Shown: piece after piece, positions 25,679 to 39,643 of the stretch
How positions within the stretch are numbered: position 1 is the stretch's first letter
Layout: each line of letters starts with the position of its first letter
NCBI GenBank assembly: GCA_951406725.2
Contig: OX597821.1
Location: 39,370,001-39,434,000, forward strand
DNA: 64,000 nucleotides
Source: Octopus vulgaris
Taxonomy: Eukaryota
Reading direction: 5' to 3'
Position numbers and translations under genes: made by a program
Notes under the pieces: model-generated
Databases searched by the model: none
What the model was told of the DNA's origin: nothing
What the model saw: the letters and a program-made list of their open reading frames with translations, nothing else

Positions 25679-27330
25679 TTACTGCCTGGAATTGAACTCG
25701 GAATCTTGGGGTTAGTAGCCTGTGCTCTTAACCATTACACCAAGGATACTCCCACTGAGTCCAACGTGATGGTGCGTCTAGATGTGATAAGTCTGTTCAC
25801 CAAAGTCCCAACTGGTGAAGCACTATCGGTGATTCAAGAAAAACTAGTGACAGATACCTATCTAAAAGAATTCACTAGTACACTAATAAGAAACTTGATG
25901 GAAATGTTGACCTTCTGTGTAGAAACTACCTACTTCAGTATGGACACTGATATATATTGACAACAAGAGGGTTTAGCTATGGGTTCACCATTATCACCAG
26001 TAATAGCCAATATACACATGGAATGCTTTGAGAATTTGGCTTTAGGATCAACACCACTAAAACCAACCCTATGGCTACAATATGTTGATGACACCTTCAT
26101 ACTCTGGCCCCACCAGGAAGATGTCCAAGTGCTGTTAGATCATGTGAACTCAATAAAGCCATCCATATAGTTCACAACAGAAAAGGAAAAAGACAGCTAG
26201 CATTCCTGGATGTATTAATAACACGCACCAGGTATGGATTCAGGACATCCGTATACCGCAAGCCGACCTTCACTGGATGATACCTCAACCTCAATGCACA
26301 CCATCCATACAGTGTAAAGTGAGGGATTGCTTAGCACCTAAAACATCGAGCAATGAATATAAGTAACAATCGTGATACCCACCACGAAGAAATGATCAAG
26401 TTCAGTAACAATCTATTAAGCAACAACTACCCCAAAAGCATACTCTCCACTCCAATTATGAAGAAAAGAGAGGATGAAATCGATAAACTGTCCACAGTCT
26501 GTCTACCCTCTGTGAAAGGCCTCTCCGAAAAGATACAAAAGATATGTGCCCCATATGACATCAGGACAGTATTCAAAAGTAATTCAACACTTTGCAAATA
26601 TCTCCTTCGAATAAAACCACCAGTAGAAGAGAATATAACTAAGAACTGTGTGTACTCTATCCCATGCAGCTGTAGTAGGTTATACAAAGGCAAAACATGC
26701 CGCCCCCTCAAAATAAGGGTAGAGGAACATCACAAAGCTGTGACACAGGGAGATATTGATAAATCGGGTATAGCTGATCATGTATGGAAAAATGAAGACC
26801 ACTTCCCCCTGTGGGATGAAGTTAAAATAATAGACAGAGAACACCACAAGAAAATATGAAAATTAAAAGAAGCAGCCCATATGCTAGGACACAACAACCT
26901 CCTAAGCAGACCAAGTGCAGATATGAACAGCATATGGAATCGGTATTAAGGAAGGATAGGAGAATATTGGAATTATAAGCCCTAAAATTCACTCTATAAT
27001 TGCCCACGGGCATCTGGTATAGTGGTTAAGAGCATAGGCTACTAACCCCAAGATTCTGAGTTTGATTCCAGGCAGTGATCTGAACAACAACAACAACAAT
27101 AATAATAATAATAATAATAATAATGATAGTAATAATAATAATAATGATAATAATAATAATAATATAACAACAACAACTACATCGAAAAATACCTTAGGAA
27201 TGAGAACCCAGGTTCAAAATTTCACCAAGACACCTGATGAAGGCTGGAGAGTATATCAGCCGAAATGTTGTGTTAACAACAAACAAGATGAGGACAAATA
27301 TCCGTCAATTGTAAATAAATGTACATAATT
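25545..27330 (+). mobile_element. Penelope-like element (RT + GIY-YIG, disrupted) between inverted pLTR copies
   Basis: LDVISLFTKVP, GLAMGSPLSPVIANI, LQYVDDTF (RT); CVYSIPCSCSRLYKGKT.RPLKIRVEEH (GIY-YIG); stops/frameshifts; 25545-25742 is the reverse complement of ~27014-27250. Confidence 0.9.
27229..27274 (+). ncRNA. Type I hammerhead ribozyme (minimal, PLE type), probably one core-adjacent mutation
   Basis: GACAC-CTGATGA-A-GGCTG(10 nt)CAGCC-GAAA-TGTT-GTGTT. Confidence 0.7.
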
Positions 27331-27774
27331 TTTTATCTCTTAAACATAGAACTGAATAAGTACCAGTTGAATGCTGGGATTGATATAATCAACTTAAATC
27401 CTCCTTGAAATTGCTGGCCTTGTGCCAAAATCTGAAACCCTTATTATTCATTCCTTTGTCAACTGGGGATGGAAAGTAAAATATACTCCTGTGAGATCTG
27501 AATTCAAGATTTTGGGAGAGGCAACAAATCTGGAACTTGTCAGCAGAATTAGCTATAGAAGATCTCACAACTCTTATGTGCCAATAATCTACTGGAATAT
27601 TAGCACCAGGTCAGGCCAATTATTCTAGTTGTGAGCATTCCATCTTATTTTCAGAAAATTCATCCAGCAAGATTAGCCAATGAGCTGTTTTATTTTCAAA
27701 ATCTATGGATGGGTATAGTTTCAGAAAATTTGACTACCATTTCTGGCATGTTGCACAACCACATAAAGGCTCTT

Positions 27775-28183
27775 TCATTCTCTTCTACTCTAGGTAAAAG
27801 ACCCGAAAATTTTGGGGAGGGGGACAGTTCATTAGATCAACCCCAGTATGCAACTGGTACTTAGTTTATCGACACCCAAAGGATGAAAGGCAAAGTCAAC
27901 CTTGGCAGAATTTGAACTTAGAACGTAACGGCGGACGAAATATCTATTTCTATTTCTTTACTACCCACAAGGGGCTAAACACAGAGAGGACAAGCAAGGA
28001 CAGACAAACGGATTAAGTCGATTACATCGACCCCAGTGCATAACTGGTACTTAATTTATCGACCCTGAAAGGATGAAAAGCAAAGTCGACCTCGGCAGAA
28101 TTTGAACTGAGAACGTAACGGCAGATGAAATACGGTTACACATTTCGCCCAGCATGCTAACATTTCTGCCAGCTCGCCACCTT
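27775..28183 (-). mobile_element. Tandem pair of SINE family A (short-tail partial plus long-tail full copy)
   Basis: Two consecutive CTGGTACTTA...GGATGAAA.GCAAAGTC.ACCT.GGCAGAATTTGAACT blocks. Confidence 0.85.
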
Positions 28184-28969
28184 AATAGAACTTCCTTCAT
28201 TGGCTTGATGATGATGATGATAATGATGCTGCTGTTGTTGTTGTAGGAGGAGGAGGAGGAGGAGGAAATAATGCTTGCTTTAGCCGTTGAAGTTGAACTT
28301 ATCCTCCTACAATGAAAGGAATTTGTGAATTTTCAGATATTTCGAGTGGTGTCACTGATCGGTTGTGGGGAATCCTCCAAACCTCCAAATTCGAGTCTAA
28401 TGGTAAAATGGTAAATGTGGCACAAGCTGAGGAAGTAGAAGTAGTCTGTGACTAACGTAAGAAATCTAAGAATATTCATCAACCCAATCAGGGCCTCAGC
28501 TGCCAATTAACAGGAATAGTTTTTAATATCTTTTTCAGATTTATATTAAGATCTTTCTGTTACTAGTTTTACTTTTACTAATTAATATTGAAGAATTATC
28601 AGTTGTTTTGGATTTTTGAAATTAATTAGATTGTAACTTCATCAAAGAAATTAATATTCAATTATCTCAAAATGAAAAATCAAAATAAAAGTGCATATAT
28701 ATATATATATGTGTGTAACAAAATAATATATAAACATATGCATATATAGATACATATATGTACATACCTACATCTATATGTATATATACATGCATATATG
28801 GGTACAGGACACAAAAAACACGTTGGACACAATGAGAAAATTTGGGATTTTCTGTGGAGGGTTAAAAGTGGTAACAAGAACAGGACAGTAAAACAAAACA
28901 AGACAGTAAAACCAATACAAATAAAAACAGTAAAAGACAGGACAAGGAGAATAAGAGAGAGAGAGAGAG

Positions 28970-29832
28970 AGGGTGTGATGGGTAAAATGTTTTTATTATA
29001 CTTCTAATTTTGTGTGCATGTGCATTGGTTGCTTTTGATTTTGTCAACTACACAGTGTAGTAGGGTCAGTTGGGCACTGTCTGTGAGATACAAAACACAA
29101 GGATACAATTCACTCTGCCAGAAATTTGGAAACATGCCATATTGCTCGGTATTCATGCCAGAAGCTCCAATACAAACAATTCAGAGTGCCTGGGTGTCAA
29201 TCTGAGGACATGTTCCATGAGTGATAAAAATCAAACATTCAGTCAACATCATGGTGTCCAGAGTGATCACTAGTGATGGCGATGTTATGCCTCCATTTGT
29301 CTTCCCACGCAGCTTCAGACTCAACATGGAGGCCTACATCAAGTGCCTGGAGGGGGTAGTGCTGCCACAGGTGAAGAGGGTGGCTGCTGGAAGACCCTAC
29401 ATCTGGCAACAGGACTCTACACACAGCCACACAAGCAGGAGAACCTAGTCATGGCTGTCAGACAATTTCTGTGACTACATCATCCCTAAAATCTGGCCAC
29501 CTAACTCCCCAGACTGCAACCCCCTTGATTATTATGTGTGGAACACAGTTCATCCCCACCCGCACATAACGAGATGAACTGAAGGCAAGGTTTATGGCAT
29601 CTTTCACCAAATTAAACAAGGAGTCAGTCCAGAAGCGTTCCAAGAGATTCCAAAGTTGTCTGGAGGCCATGGTTGAATCCAATGAAATGGCGATTTTATT
29701 GAATAAATTTACTCTTTAGTATTTCAAGGTATTTTAAAGTAATTTTGGTAAATATATCTGTTAAAATGGGATGCCAGTGTTATTTTACATTTTTACGTAA
29801 TTTAGACGACAATATATTCACCGCACCCTATA
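28970..29832 (+). mobile_element. Internally deleted maT (DD37D) transposon
   Basis: IWQQDS...(37 codons, one stop)...WPPNSPDCNPLDYYVW; TIR-like GGGTGTGATGGGTAAA and ACAATATATTCACCGCACCCTATA; same structure as 5597-6726. Confidence 0.88.
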
Positions 29833-30229
29833 CATATACATGCAAACACACACACACATATATATGTACACACATGCACATATATACATGTGTGTGTGTG
29901 TATGCAGGTTTGATATTACAAAAACTAGTGTAGATATAAAAAAAAGATTGTTAGCGTGAAAGGAAGATTGTTAGAGTGAAAGAAAGAAACAAAGGAAGAC
30001 AGATTGTGAGCAGTAAGGTGGAGAAAATGTCAAAATAAGTAAGACTATTCACATTATTATGTCCGAAGTGTGTATCAATAAATGATTTGGCTTCCAACAC
30101 TGAAGTAGCCTCAGGCCATAACAGATGTAATAAATCAATGAATGTCATATCACATTGTAAGCACATCAAATATGGTACTGAAGCACAAGTATATGCTTGC
30201 TATCTTCAGAAGCATTAGAAATATAATAT

Positions 30230-30625
30230 AATCACACATATATATGTGTGTGTGTGTGTGTGTTTATGTGTGTACATATGTATATCTATGTGTGTGTATG
30301 TATAAACGTACATACACGAATAAGTGTATGCCCATATATGCATATATCTGATTATATGTGGATGTGTATTTATGTGTATCTCATAAATGTGGGTGTGTGT
30401 ACATATGTAGGCATTTAAAATGATTATATGCAAATAAATGTGTATAAATATTATATATGTGTGTGTGTATGTATATATATACATATATGTGTGTGCATAT
30501 ATATGTATATATATATATATATATGTATATATTTTATATATGTATATATTTTATATATATATATATATACATATATATATGCATAAACATATATATATGC
30601 GTGTGCACACACACACACACACATG
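30230..30625. repeat. (TA)/(TG)/(CA) low-complexity tract
   Basis: Direct reading. Confidence 0.9.
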
Positions 30626-31527
30626 AATGTATGTATGTATTAGTGACGTCTTTAAGGAAAGAGAATACAGAGAAAAAAGTCTTTTTGATATCTGTTGGAA
30701 AGTTCTTCAAATCCAAGACATAAATAGCAGAAACTGTAAAAGAAATGAAAATAGAATTGCTAAAGTTATATTTGATGTCACAATATGAATGTTAAAATTA
30801 CTTGGGGTTTCCATTGTAATTTAAAAGAAATAAGTTAAGATCCGGAATCCAAGGAAATTAAAAGAAATAATCTGAAAAGTAATATGAACTTGGAACAAGA
30901 TGTGCATCTGAGTCATTTTGCCTCTCTGTTTCTCAAGAATTCACTTACCATTTTGAAATTCATGATAGAATACTTTGCAAGAAAACATGTATCTGGTTAA
31001 AAAACAAAATTTTAGAAAAAAATGGTCTCAGACATGTTTAAATATGAAAGTTTAGAAAGAATTTCTCACACAGTTGAAATCTACTTTATTTTCTTAATTT
31101 GTTTTATTTTTGTTGTTGTTGTGATTTTAGTTCCATGAACAATGTTGCATTTTAAACATGGAGCCTGAAGTAAATAGAATTACTGAGATGAGAAGACTTA
31201 AATATTGGAACAAAACTAGTAATACAGGAAATGGGAAGAAACCATTGTCATATTTATATTTTTTTGCCAAACCTTTAATGGCATAAAGAAAGTGGAATGG
31301 TTACAGACAGACAGTCAATGACTTTCTTTCTATTCCAAAGTCTCCACTACTCCTGATTCTTTTGATAATAAGCAAAAGTCGAAGGTAACTAGTCTCGATA
31401 TATCCCGCTATCTTTTACTCCCTCATCGATAACTACTATGGGTTCTTATTCAGTTCAATAAAACCCATCAGTGGACTCTGTTGGTTCATTCAATATAATG
31501 ATATATGCTGTAGATATATATTTATAT

Positions 31528-32260
31528 AGGCGGAGGGGTGGCTGTATGGTAAGCAGCTTGCTTCCCAACCTCATGGTTCTGGGTACACTCCAACTGTGTG
31601 GCACATTAAGCAAGTGTCTTTTACTATAGCCTTGGGCTCACAAAAGCCCTGTGAGTGAATTTGTTAGATGGAAAGGAAAAGAGGCCGATCATATATATGT
31701 GTTTGTGTATGTGCATGTGTATGCGTCCTTGTGTGTGGGTGTGTGTCCACCAGTGAAGGTGTGTGTGTGTGGCTCAGTGGTCAGGGTATTCAGCTCAAGA
31801 TTATAAGGTCATGAGTTCTACTCCCCCATGGCACATTATGTCCTTGAGCAAGACACTTTATTTCACATTGCTCCAGTCCATTCAGCTGGTCAAAATGAGT
31901 GGTACCTGTAATTCAAAGGGGCCAACTTTGTCTCATTCTGCGTCGTGCTGAATCTCCCTGAGAGAACTACATCAGTGGTATGTGTGTCTGTGGAGTGCTC
32001 AGCCACCTGCATTTTTTTGAGTAAGCTTTTCCTTTCATTAGATCAACTGGATCCCTCATTGCTGTAACCGATGCCAATCTGTCCCCTAACACTGCTTGAC
32101 AACTGCTGTTGGTGTGTTATGCCCCTGTAACTGAGCAGTTCAACGAAAGAGACCAAAACAAAAGTACTGGGTATCGGTTCATTCCACTAGAAACTCTTCA
32201 AAGTGGTGCCCCAGCATGGCCACAGTCTAATGACGGAAACAAGTAAATGATAAAAAGATA
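31528..32260 (+). mobile_element. SINE family B with a nested second tRNA-SINE (family D, ~31753-32075)
   Basis: B head GGCGGAGGGGTGGCTGTATGG and tail GGTGCCCCAGCATGGCCACAG; insert has TGGCTCAGTGG A-box and GTCCTTGAGCAAGACACTTTA. Confidence 0.8.
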
Positions 32261-33539
32261 TTTCTATGAGTCTGGTGGACTTATCTTTAGATTGTTACAG
32301 ATGCAAGACTGTTGCTTCAAATACTTTGCTTCAGCTCTTTGAACGGTCAGATGTCAGTTTACCTGGAAAGAAACAATTAATAAGAAGAGCTGAAATTAAT
32401 GCATGCAAGGTTTCACAGCTCTAGCATCACTCCTTCATAATCAGTGTATAAACTTTTCAGCCCCCCCCCCTCCGCTTTTGTATTTATGGAGAAATCCCAT
32501 AAAACCCTGTGATTATCATTCACTCTCACAGCCTCTGCTTCGTGTTCCTTCCACTTTTCTGCTATTTCGAATCCATGTACTCAGCTAAATTACCAATGCA
32601 CAGTTATACTTCTGCTTATGCTCTTTTTGTACAAGCTTACTGCATGCACTTAAGAGGTGGTTGATACTTTTTTCCTCTTTTCCACAGATTCTGCATTTGC
32701 TCGTTGAGTTTTAGTAATCTTTACCATTATCATCATTGCCTTAATCATCATCATCAGCAACATCATGTCATCGTTGTCATCATCATCAGCATTGCCTTCA
32801 TCACAATCATTATGGAAATTTATGCCTCCAAATGATTCACTAAATTGTAGGCCCTTTCTATCTTAATAAAGATTTAAAATTATTGTCTAATGTTGACCCT
32901 TTTATTGTGGAATGTTCTGTTGTTCTGTTCCATGGCTTCTGTGAAGAGACAGATTTGCTGTTAAAAACTAGGTTGTGGTAAACAATTTCCACAATCATTT
33001 TAAAGGAAAAAATAGATTCTATTTCAAAGAGTGTAAGTCTACTTGAGAAAGAAGAGAGGGAAATGGGCAGAGACTGAGGGAAGGGGATGGTACAGTGTCT
33101 TGATCCCCATGGTTACTAATGAAAGTACTGTCTCTTTTACAACAATGGTTGCAGCTGTCTTACTTATAAAAATCATCATTGATATTACAGTAATAGCTGT
33201 ACATTACAACAAAATCAAGGGTCTGGTGCTATTAATGATTACAACAACAACAACACAACAACCACTGTCATATGAGAAATGATAAATGATTATTATTGTT
33301 GGAAATGTTATTAGTATTCAAATCCTGCAAATAGTGTTTTTGTTTACTATCCAACCAGGTGTCTCAGATAAGAACCAATTAATCACAATGATCAGTTTAG
33401 AAGCCCTTTACAAATCTCTAGAATTAGGGTGATTTTGGAACTTATCATCATCATCGTCATCATCATCATCATTATTGTCATTGCCTTTGCACAGCTTCTA
33501 ACGCTGGAGATGTACTATGGTGTCAGCTGTTGACTACCA

Positions 33540-34310
33540 GTGAACTAAGTTAACACATCTTATTTTTCAAGGACCTTCCAGAGTATTCCAAGCAATGCTG
33601 TTCTCTGCAAGTGCTCCACCCTTATTGCAGCCCCTATTTGTTCCACATACCTCTCGAGATTTTTGTTCACTGTTTCCAGGGCTCCAACAATTATTGGTAC
33701 TACTGCTACCTTTTTCATCGACCACAAATGCTTAACTTCCCAAGCTAACCTGTCATATCTCTCGACTTTTCTTTCTTCCTTATCGCATACCTTGTCAGCT
33801 GGGCATGCTATATCTGTGATCCAGCATAGTTTGTTTTCTTCCTCAATTAAGACTATGTCTGGCTTCCTATTCTCTATCTCATGGTCGCACTGAATCATAA
33901 AATCCCATAGGATCTTTGCATTTCTATTTTTGACAATGCCTTTAGGTTTGTGGTTGTACCAATGTTTTGCAAGTCCATACTTGTTGCAAAGTATCCAATG
34001 GACAAGCCTTGCTATGTTGTCATGGCCTCTCTTATATTCCTTCTGGGCTAGTGGTGTACATTGACTGGTAATATGCCATACGGTTTCACCGTTTTGTCCA
34101 CAGATTCTGCACTTATCACGTTCTGCTGTGTTGTCTATTCTGTATTTTATGTAGTTTGTTTTTAGTGCTTGCTTGCTCTTGGGCAGACACATTAGAGTCT
34201 CCGTTTCTGGTTTTAAATCACTTTTAGTCATCCACAGCCATCTTTTTTCAACATCCCTATGAAATTGACCATGCATTCTTTTCTTTACCCACCTATTTTT
34301 CAGTTTCATT
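33540..34310 (-). pseudogene. R4/Dong-type non-LTR retrotransposon C-terminus (CCHC knuckle + restriction-like endonuclease)
   Basis: ORF 33560-34309: CRICGQNGETVWHITSQC, RGHD, KILWDF, RKPDIV...DIACP, K..RY. Confidence 0.9.
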
Positions 34311-34529
34311 CGTTTTCAATTATCATCATCATTGTCATGAAGGTGAGATGGCAGAGTTGTTTGTGTATTGGACACAATGCTTATTCACATTTGTTCTGGT
34401 TCTTTACATTCTCAATTCAAATACTGCCAGGGACAATAAAACAGAGAATCAGTCAAGCACGGGGAAGGGGTTTATTTAATCAACTGACCCCTCCCACTAA
34501 AACTACTTGTATTGTACCCTAACCTTAGA

Positions 34530-36560
34530 TCCACCAGCTTTCAATAATCTTTCAAGTGTTCAAAACCTTTCTGATGATTTTTCGTGTTCCTAAGAGGCAA
34601 ACATTCTGTAGAGGCTCTATAAGATATTCATTTGTTTACATCTTTATCGAACCAAAATTTGAAACCATTATTATTATTAATATATGAAAACTCACAGCTT
34701 ATTTTGCTTGGTATGATGGAAAGTGTCTGCTGTCCACAGCCAGTGGACTAAGGTGACACTTGTTTACTGGTCATACTTCAAGAACCCTGCCAAGATTTCT
34801 TGCAGTTCCAAGCAATGCTGATTTTTGTAGGTGTTCTACCTTCACATTTGCACCAATCTTTTTCAGCGATGTTGGTAGTTGAGTGCTGATACTTCCAAGT
34901 GAACCAATTACTATTGGTATCATGTCTACTCTCCTCATTGACCTCAACCTTTCTATTTCCCACATCAAATTGTCATAGTTGTTCAGCTTTTCTTCTTCTT
35001 TCACATTGATGCTGTTGTCACCAGGACATGCTATACCAATTATCAGGCAAGTTCTTCCCCCCCCCCCACAACAATGTCTGGTTTCTAGTGCCTGGTCAGG
35101 TTACTGCACTGAACCATTGCATCTCACAGGACTTTGCAACCTTCATTCTCAGTGACACCTGCTGCAGTGTATGCTCATACCATGTCTTTGCTATTTGTCA
35201 GCAATGATTTTCACAGAGCTCCCAATGGATCATTCTTGCCACATTGTCATGGTGTCTTTTGTATTCACGTTGTGCCAATTTCGAGCATTCACTACCAATG
35301 TACCATACCATTTCACACCTCTCACCACACAATCTGCATTTGTTGTCATTTGTATTGTCTATTCTGTACTTCATAAAGTTAGCCCGTCACACTTGTTCTT
35401 GTGCTGCGTGTATGAGAGCTTCTGTCTCTATCTTCAGGTCACTCCTCCTCATCCAGAGCCACTGGTCTTCTGTATCTGTCTTGACATTTGTATCTCTTGC
35501 AAACTGATCATACATTTTTTCTCCATCCATGATGTTTCTTTTTTTTTGTGTGTGTTCTTTCCCTCTTTAAGATATTCTTTCTTTGCACCATTATCAATTT
35601 TCGTGATACTGGATAGCCCCAGCCCATCCAAAGTACCTTCGATTGCAGATCGACCTGCTGTGCTTACCTTGGATTGTAGGGTGATCTGCTGTGCTTGAGA
35701 AGACCTATTGAGTCAAGTACATCAGCATCAAAATAAATATCAAATAGAAATTGTAGTTATGATACCTGTGCCGGCAGCACAAAATAAGCATCATCCGAAC
35801 GTGGCCAATGCCAGCACCGCCTTGACTGGCTTCTGTGCCGGTGGCATGCAAAAAGCCAATCGTGGCCACTGCCAGCTTCCCCTAGCATGTAAAAAGTACC
35901 CACTACGCTCACGGAGTGGTTGGCGTTAAGAAGGGCATCCAGCTGTAGAAACACTGCCAGATCAGACTGGAGCCTGGTGCAGCCTCCTGGCTTCCCAGAC
36001 CCTGATCAAACCATCCAACCCATGCTAGCATGGAAAGTGGAAGTTAAATGATGATGGATTTCTTCACATGTTTTAACAATGGTTCCAAGACATTTTTTAC
36101 ATACCACACTAAGCTGTTTTCCTCTGCTTCAAAACAATCCTGGTAACTGATCAAACTTCTCCCACCCTTTCTTCTGGACAAGTACAGCCTATCAGTGTCA
36201 CTCTTAGGGTGGAAGTCTCCACACACACTCAATATTTTTCTTGTTTTCAAATCCATGTTCATCAGTTCTTTCTTTTGCCAGTTTATGATTCCAGCTCCAT
36301 ACCATAGTGATGCTATCACCCATGTATTAAACTGCTCGGATATTACTCTATCTGGCCAGTTTTTAGTACAACACCAATCTTAGTCTTTGGTTTGACTCAG
36401 ACTCGGTCTTGGTAGAATTTATGTGGGTAGCAGGTTACTACATGTAGCCTTAAGTATCCACAAATTTTCAGTAGTCTTTTAAGTGCTTAGAACCCTCCTG
36501 ATAACCTTTGCTCTCCCTAAGAGATAAACTTTCTGTAGGAGTGCTACAGAGTATTCTATT
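34530..36560 (-). pseudogene. Further R4/Dong-type fragments (34540-34610, 34740-35620, 36060-36345, 36450-36560)
   Basis: EEEKLNNYDNL.WEI..L...IPIVIGSLG, HLQKSALLGTAR, YGAGIINW...HPKSDTDRLYLSRRKGGR, LQNVCLLGTRKIIRKVL. Confidence 0.8.
35610..36057 (+). mobile_element. RTE 3' end nested in an R4 remnant
   Basis: GTGCTTGAGAAGACC ORF-end motif, internal repeats, CCATGCTAGCATGGAAAG...(GAT)n. Confidence 0.85.
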
Positions 36561-37049
36561 CCAATCTCCTATTATTAATATTATTATTATTATTATTTAG
36601 TGAGAGAACAATGCATGCCATCAAAGTGACACTGGGGTAAAATATACGAAGCCCAGTATACCCATCTGATAAGGATACACCAGGTACATGCATCACAACT
36701 ATATGCACTTGACATGGTGATCTCATATTAAAAAAAGATAAACAGCACATGACCTTGCAAGTGGGGCACAGTTAAGATTTTCTTCAGGTTGAGTAGCTCA
36801 TCCTGCTCAAAAGGTCCCCAAATAAGGGCTGTTTAAGGTAAATTATTCCAACTCCAAAGAATCCCTCTTAACACATGGTTATGATGTTCCCCCAGTACTT
36901 CTGCTCATGATCAGAGATGCACATATCGTCAGCCACTAAGGGACATGGTCAACTGGTTAAGGTCAAACAACTGACCAGCAAATCTGTAGTATTGAGCAGA
37001 ACACTTGCTGCAGCTCATCTTTTACACCAAGACAAAATGTGTACATGAG

Positions 37050-37240
37050 GGCAGGATCATTAGCATGCTTAACAGTATTTTGTCTGCCACAACATTCTGA
37101 GTTCAAATTCCACCAAGGTCACTTTGCCTTTCATCCTTTTGGGGTTGATAAATTAAGTATCAGTGAAACACTGGGGTTGATGTAATCGACTTGTTCCCTC
37201 CCCACCCCAAATTTTAGGCCTTGTGCCTTTAGTAGAGAGA
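37050..37240 (+). mobile_element. SINE family A
   Basis: TTCTGAGTTCAAATTCC...CTTTGCCTTTCATCC core, short tail. Confidence 0.8.
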
Positions 37241-38589
37241 ATTATCATCATCATCATCATCATAATCTTCATCATCATCATCATCGCCGTCATTGTTATT
37301 TCATTATCATGTTTCCTTGAAATCTTCTGTATAACTCATGTTAAAATCTATCATTTATATAAAACACCAACAATGATAACAACAACAATACTGATAAAGA
37401 GGATTTGTAAAAGTTGCTCCATCCTATGGATAGAGTTTTGTATCAAACTCCATTAATGTAAGATTGGTTAAGAACAAAGCAAACAAAACGAAAGAAAAGA
37501 AAAAACAACCAACAAACTTCCTGTGTGTATTTGGCAAAAATTAATATTTTTATGGGTTTTATTATTGTTATAGTTTTGAGATGTGTTGTTATTGGCCAAG
37601 CCAAACTATATCTTTATGCCAATAATAATAGCAACTTATTATGAAGTTATTTTTCATGTAACTAATGTTGATATATCAACACAATTTGGAGATGTAATGC
37701 TAATAAAATTACGAACAAGACAAACTGTTTTAAGATAATGTTACTTCATAACAATCTCTTGAGGCATAGCACCACCTTCATAAAAATGAATGTTTTCTAT
37801 CTTCAGTTGGCAATATGTTGGCATCAGTGTTTGACTACATGTCTTGAAGTATTCATTTCATCTTTAGGGTTCCTGGATTCTTGTTTTGTTTTCCATGTTT
37901 TTTCCAGAGTTGGATGCGCAGTCTCATTTAAACCTTTTTTATCATCACATTAAACCTATCATCACATCAAAAACCTGCTGCAATTGCTTGCTGCAGAAGA
38001 AATAGTAATGATGGTATTGCAATTGGTGTAAAACAATGATGATTTTAAAATCTTTCTGATGTTAAAACCATCATCATTCATTGTCCATTCTCCATACTTG
38101 TATTGGTTGGATTGTTTGACAAGAGTCAGCAAGGCCATGGGCCATACCATGTTCCACTGTCTGTTTTGGCATGGTATCTACAGCTGGACACCCTTTTTAA
38201 CACCAACCACTTTACAGGGTGTATGGCTTTTTAAATGGCACCAATCACCAGTGTATTTTTTGTTTTTCTTATGGCACAAGCACCAGTGATTTTTACGTGA
38301 CCCCAGCCACAAAAGGGATCACCAAGTACCTTGCAAGACAAGAGCCCAGCAGCTGGGGGGGTAAGAAGTAGTACTGAGCTGGTTGTTACTTTGTACCTGT
38401 TGAGAGATTTAAGATATTGAGGGGATAGATAAGGGTGTCTTGCTGCAGAATAGATACATGGATACTCCACACCATGATATATTCTGTCAAATTCCATCAA
38501 TTCTTGAGCTCCTCCTTTACAGAACTTTCCTATTTCATTGAGGTAGCAACATCTGTTTTTTTTCTTTAGTAATGTAGAGCATAGAAGAT

Positions 38590-39643
38590 ATTATTTTCTA
38601 CTCTGAGCACAAGGCTCGAAAGTTTTGGGGAGGAGGCCAGTTGATTAGATCAACCCCATTACGCAACTGGTACTTAATTTATCGACCCTGAAAGGATGAA
38701 AGGCAAAGTCGACCTTGGCAGAATTTGAACTTAGAATGTAAAGACAGTCGAAGTACCACTAAGTATTTCACCCAGTGTTCTAACATTTCTGCCAACTTGC
38801 CAACTTTATAGCATAGAAGATCTTGTTAAGGTTCTGGATTATTGGTCGATATCTCAATTAATGGCTCATGTCACAATACTGTACATTGTCCCTCACAGCT
38901 GCCACAGGAACCCCAAAGTTAGTCTTTATACTTGTCATGATATTGAGCAATACTGGTCATAGATCTGGGGAAATATTTATTGGAATATTACAGCGGCAAG
39001 CTGGTAGAATCGTTAGCAGCTTTTGATTCTTCTTTACATTTCTGAGTTCAAATTCTGACTTTGCCTTTCATTCTTTCATAGGTCAATAGAATAAGTACCA
39101 GTTGGATGCTGGGGTCAATTCAATCCACTTATCTGCCCCCCCCCCCCCCCCGAAATTTCTGACCTTGTAACAAAATTTGAAAACAATATTTATTGGAATA
39201 TTATGTCAGTCCAACACATGCCAGCTTGGAACATGGACGTTATATGATGATATCTTACTGTTGTTAGTCAGGGAACTGATGTGTTTTATAGTGAGATCAC
39301 AACAACCATAGTTAAGACAATTATAGAAATAAAAAAGAAATGTAAATGTTTGGAAAAAATCAATAAAAATAAATGCTGCAAATAAAAGTAAAAAACAAAG
39401 CATATTCCTATTTTTTACTACCTACAAGGGGCTAAACACAGAGGGGACGAACAAGGACAGACAAACGGATATTAAGTCGACTATATCAACCCCAGTGCAT
39501 AACTGGTACTTATTTAATTGACCCCGAAAGGATGAAAGGCAAAGTCGACCTCGACGGAATTTGAACTCAGAACGCAACAGTAGACGAAATACCGCTAAGC
39601 ATTTTGCCTGGCGTGCTAACGTTTCTGCCAGCTCGCCGCCTTA
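38590..39643. mobile_element. Three SINE family A copies in alternating orientation (38590-38805 -, 38991-39185 +, 39405-39643 -)
   Basis: Core motifs; TSDs AGCATAGAAGAT (first copy) and AATATTTATTGGAATATTA (second copy). Confidence 0.85.

Noticed and set aside
36595-37045. Probable LINE 3' remnant next to (ATT)n
   Set aside because: Could not assign a family or reading frame
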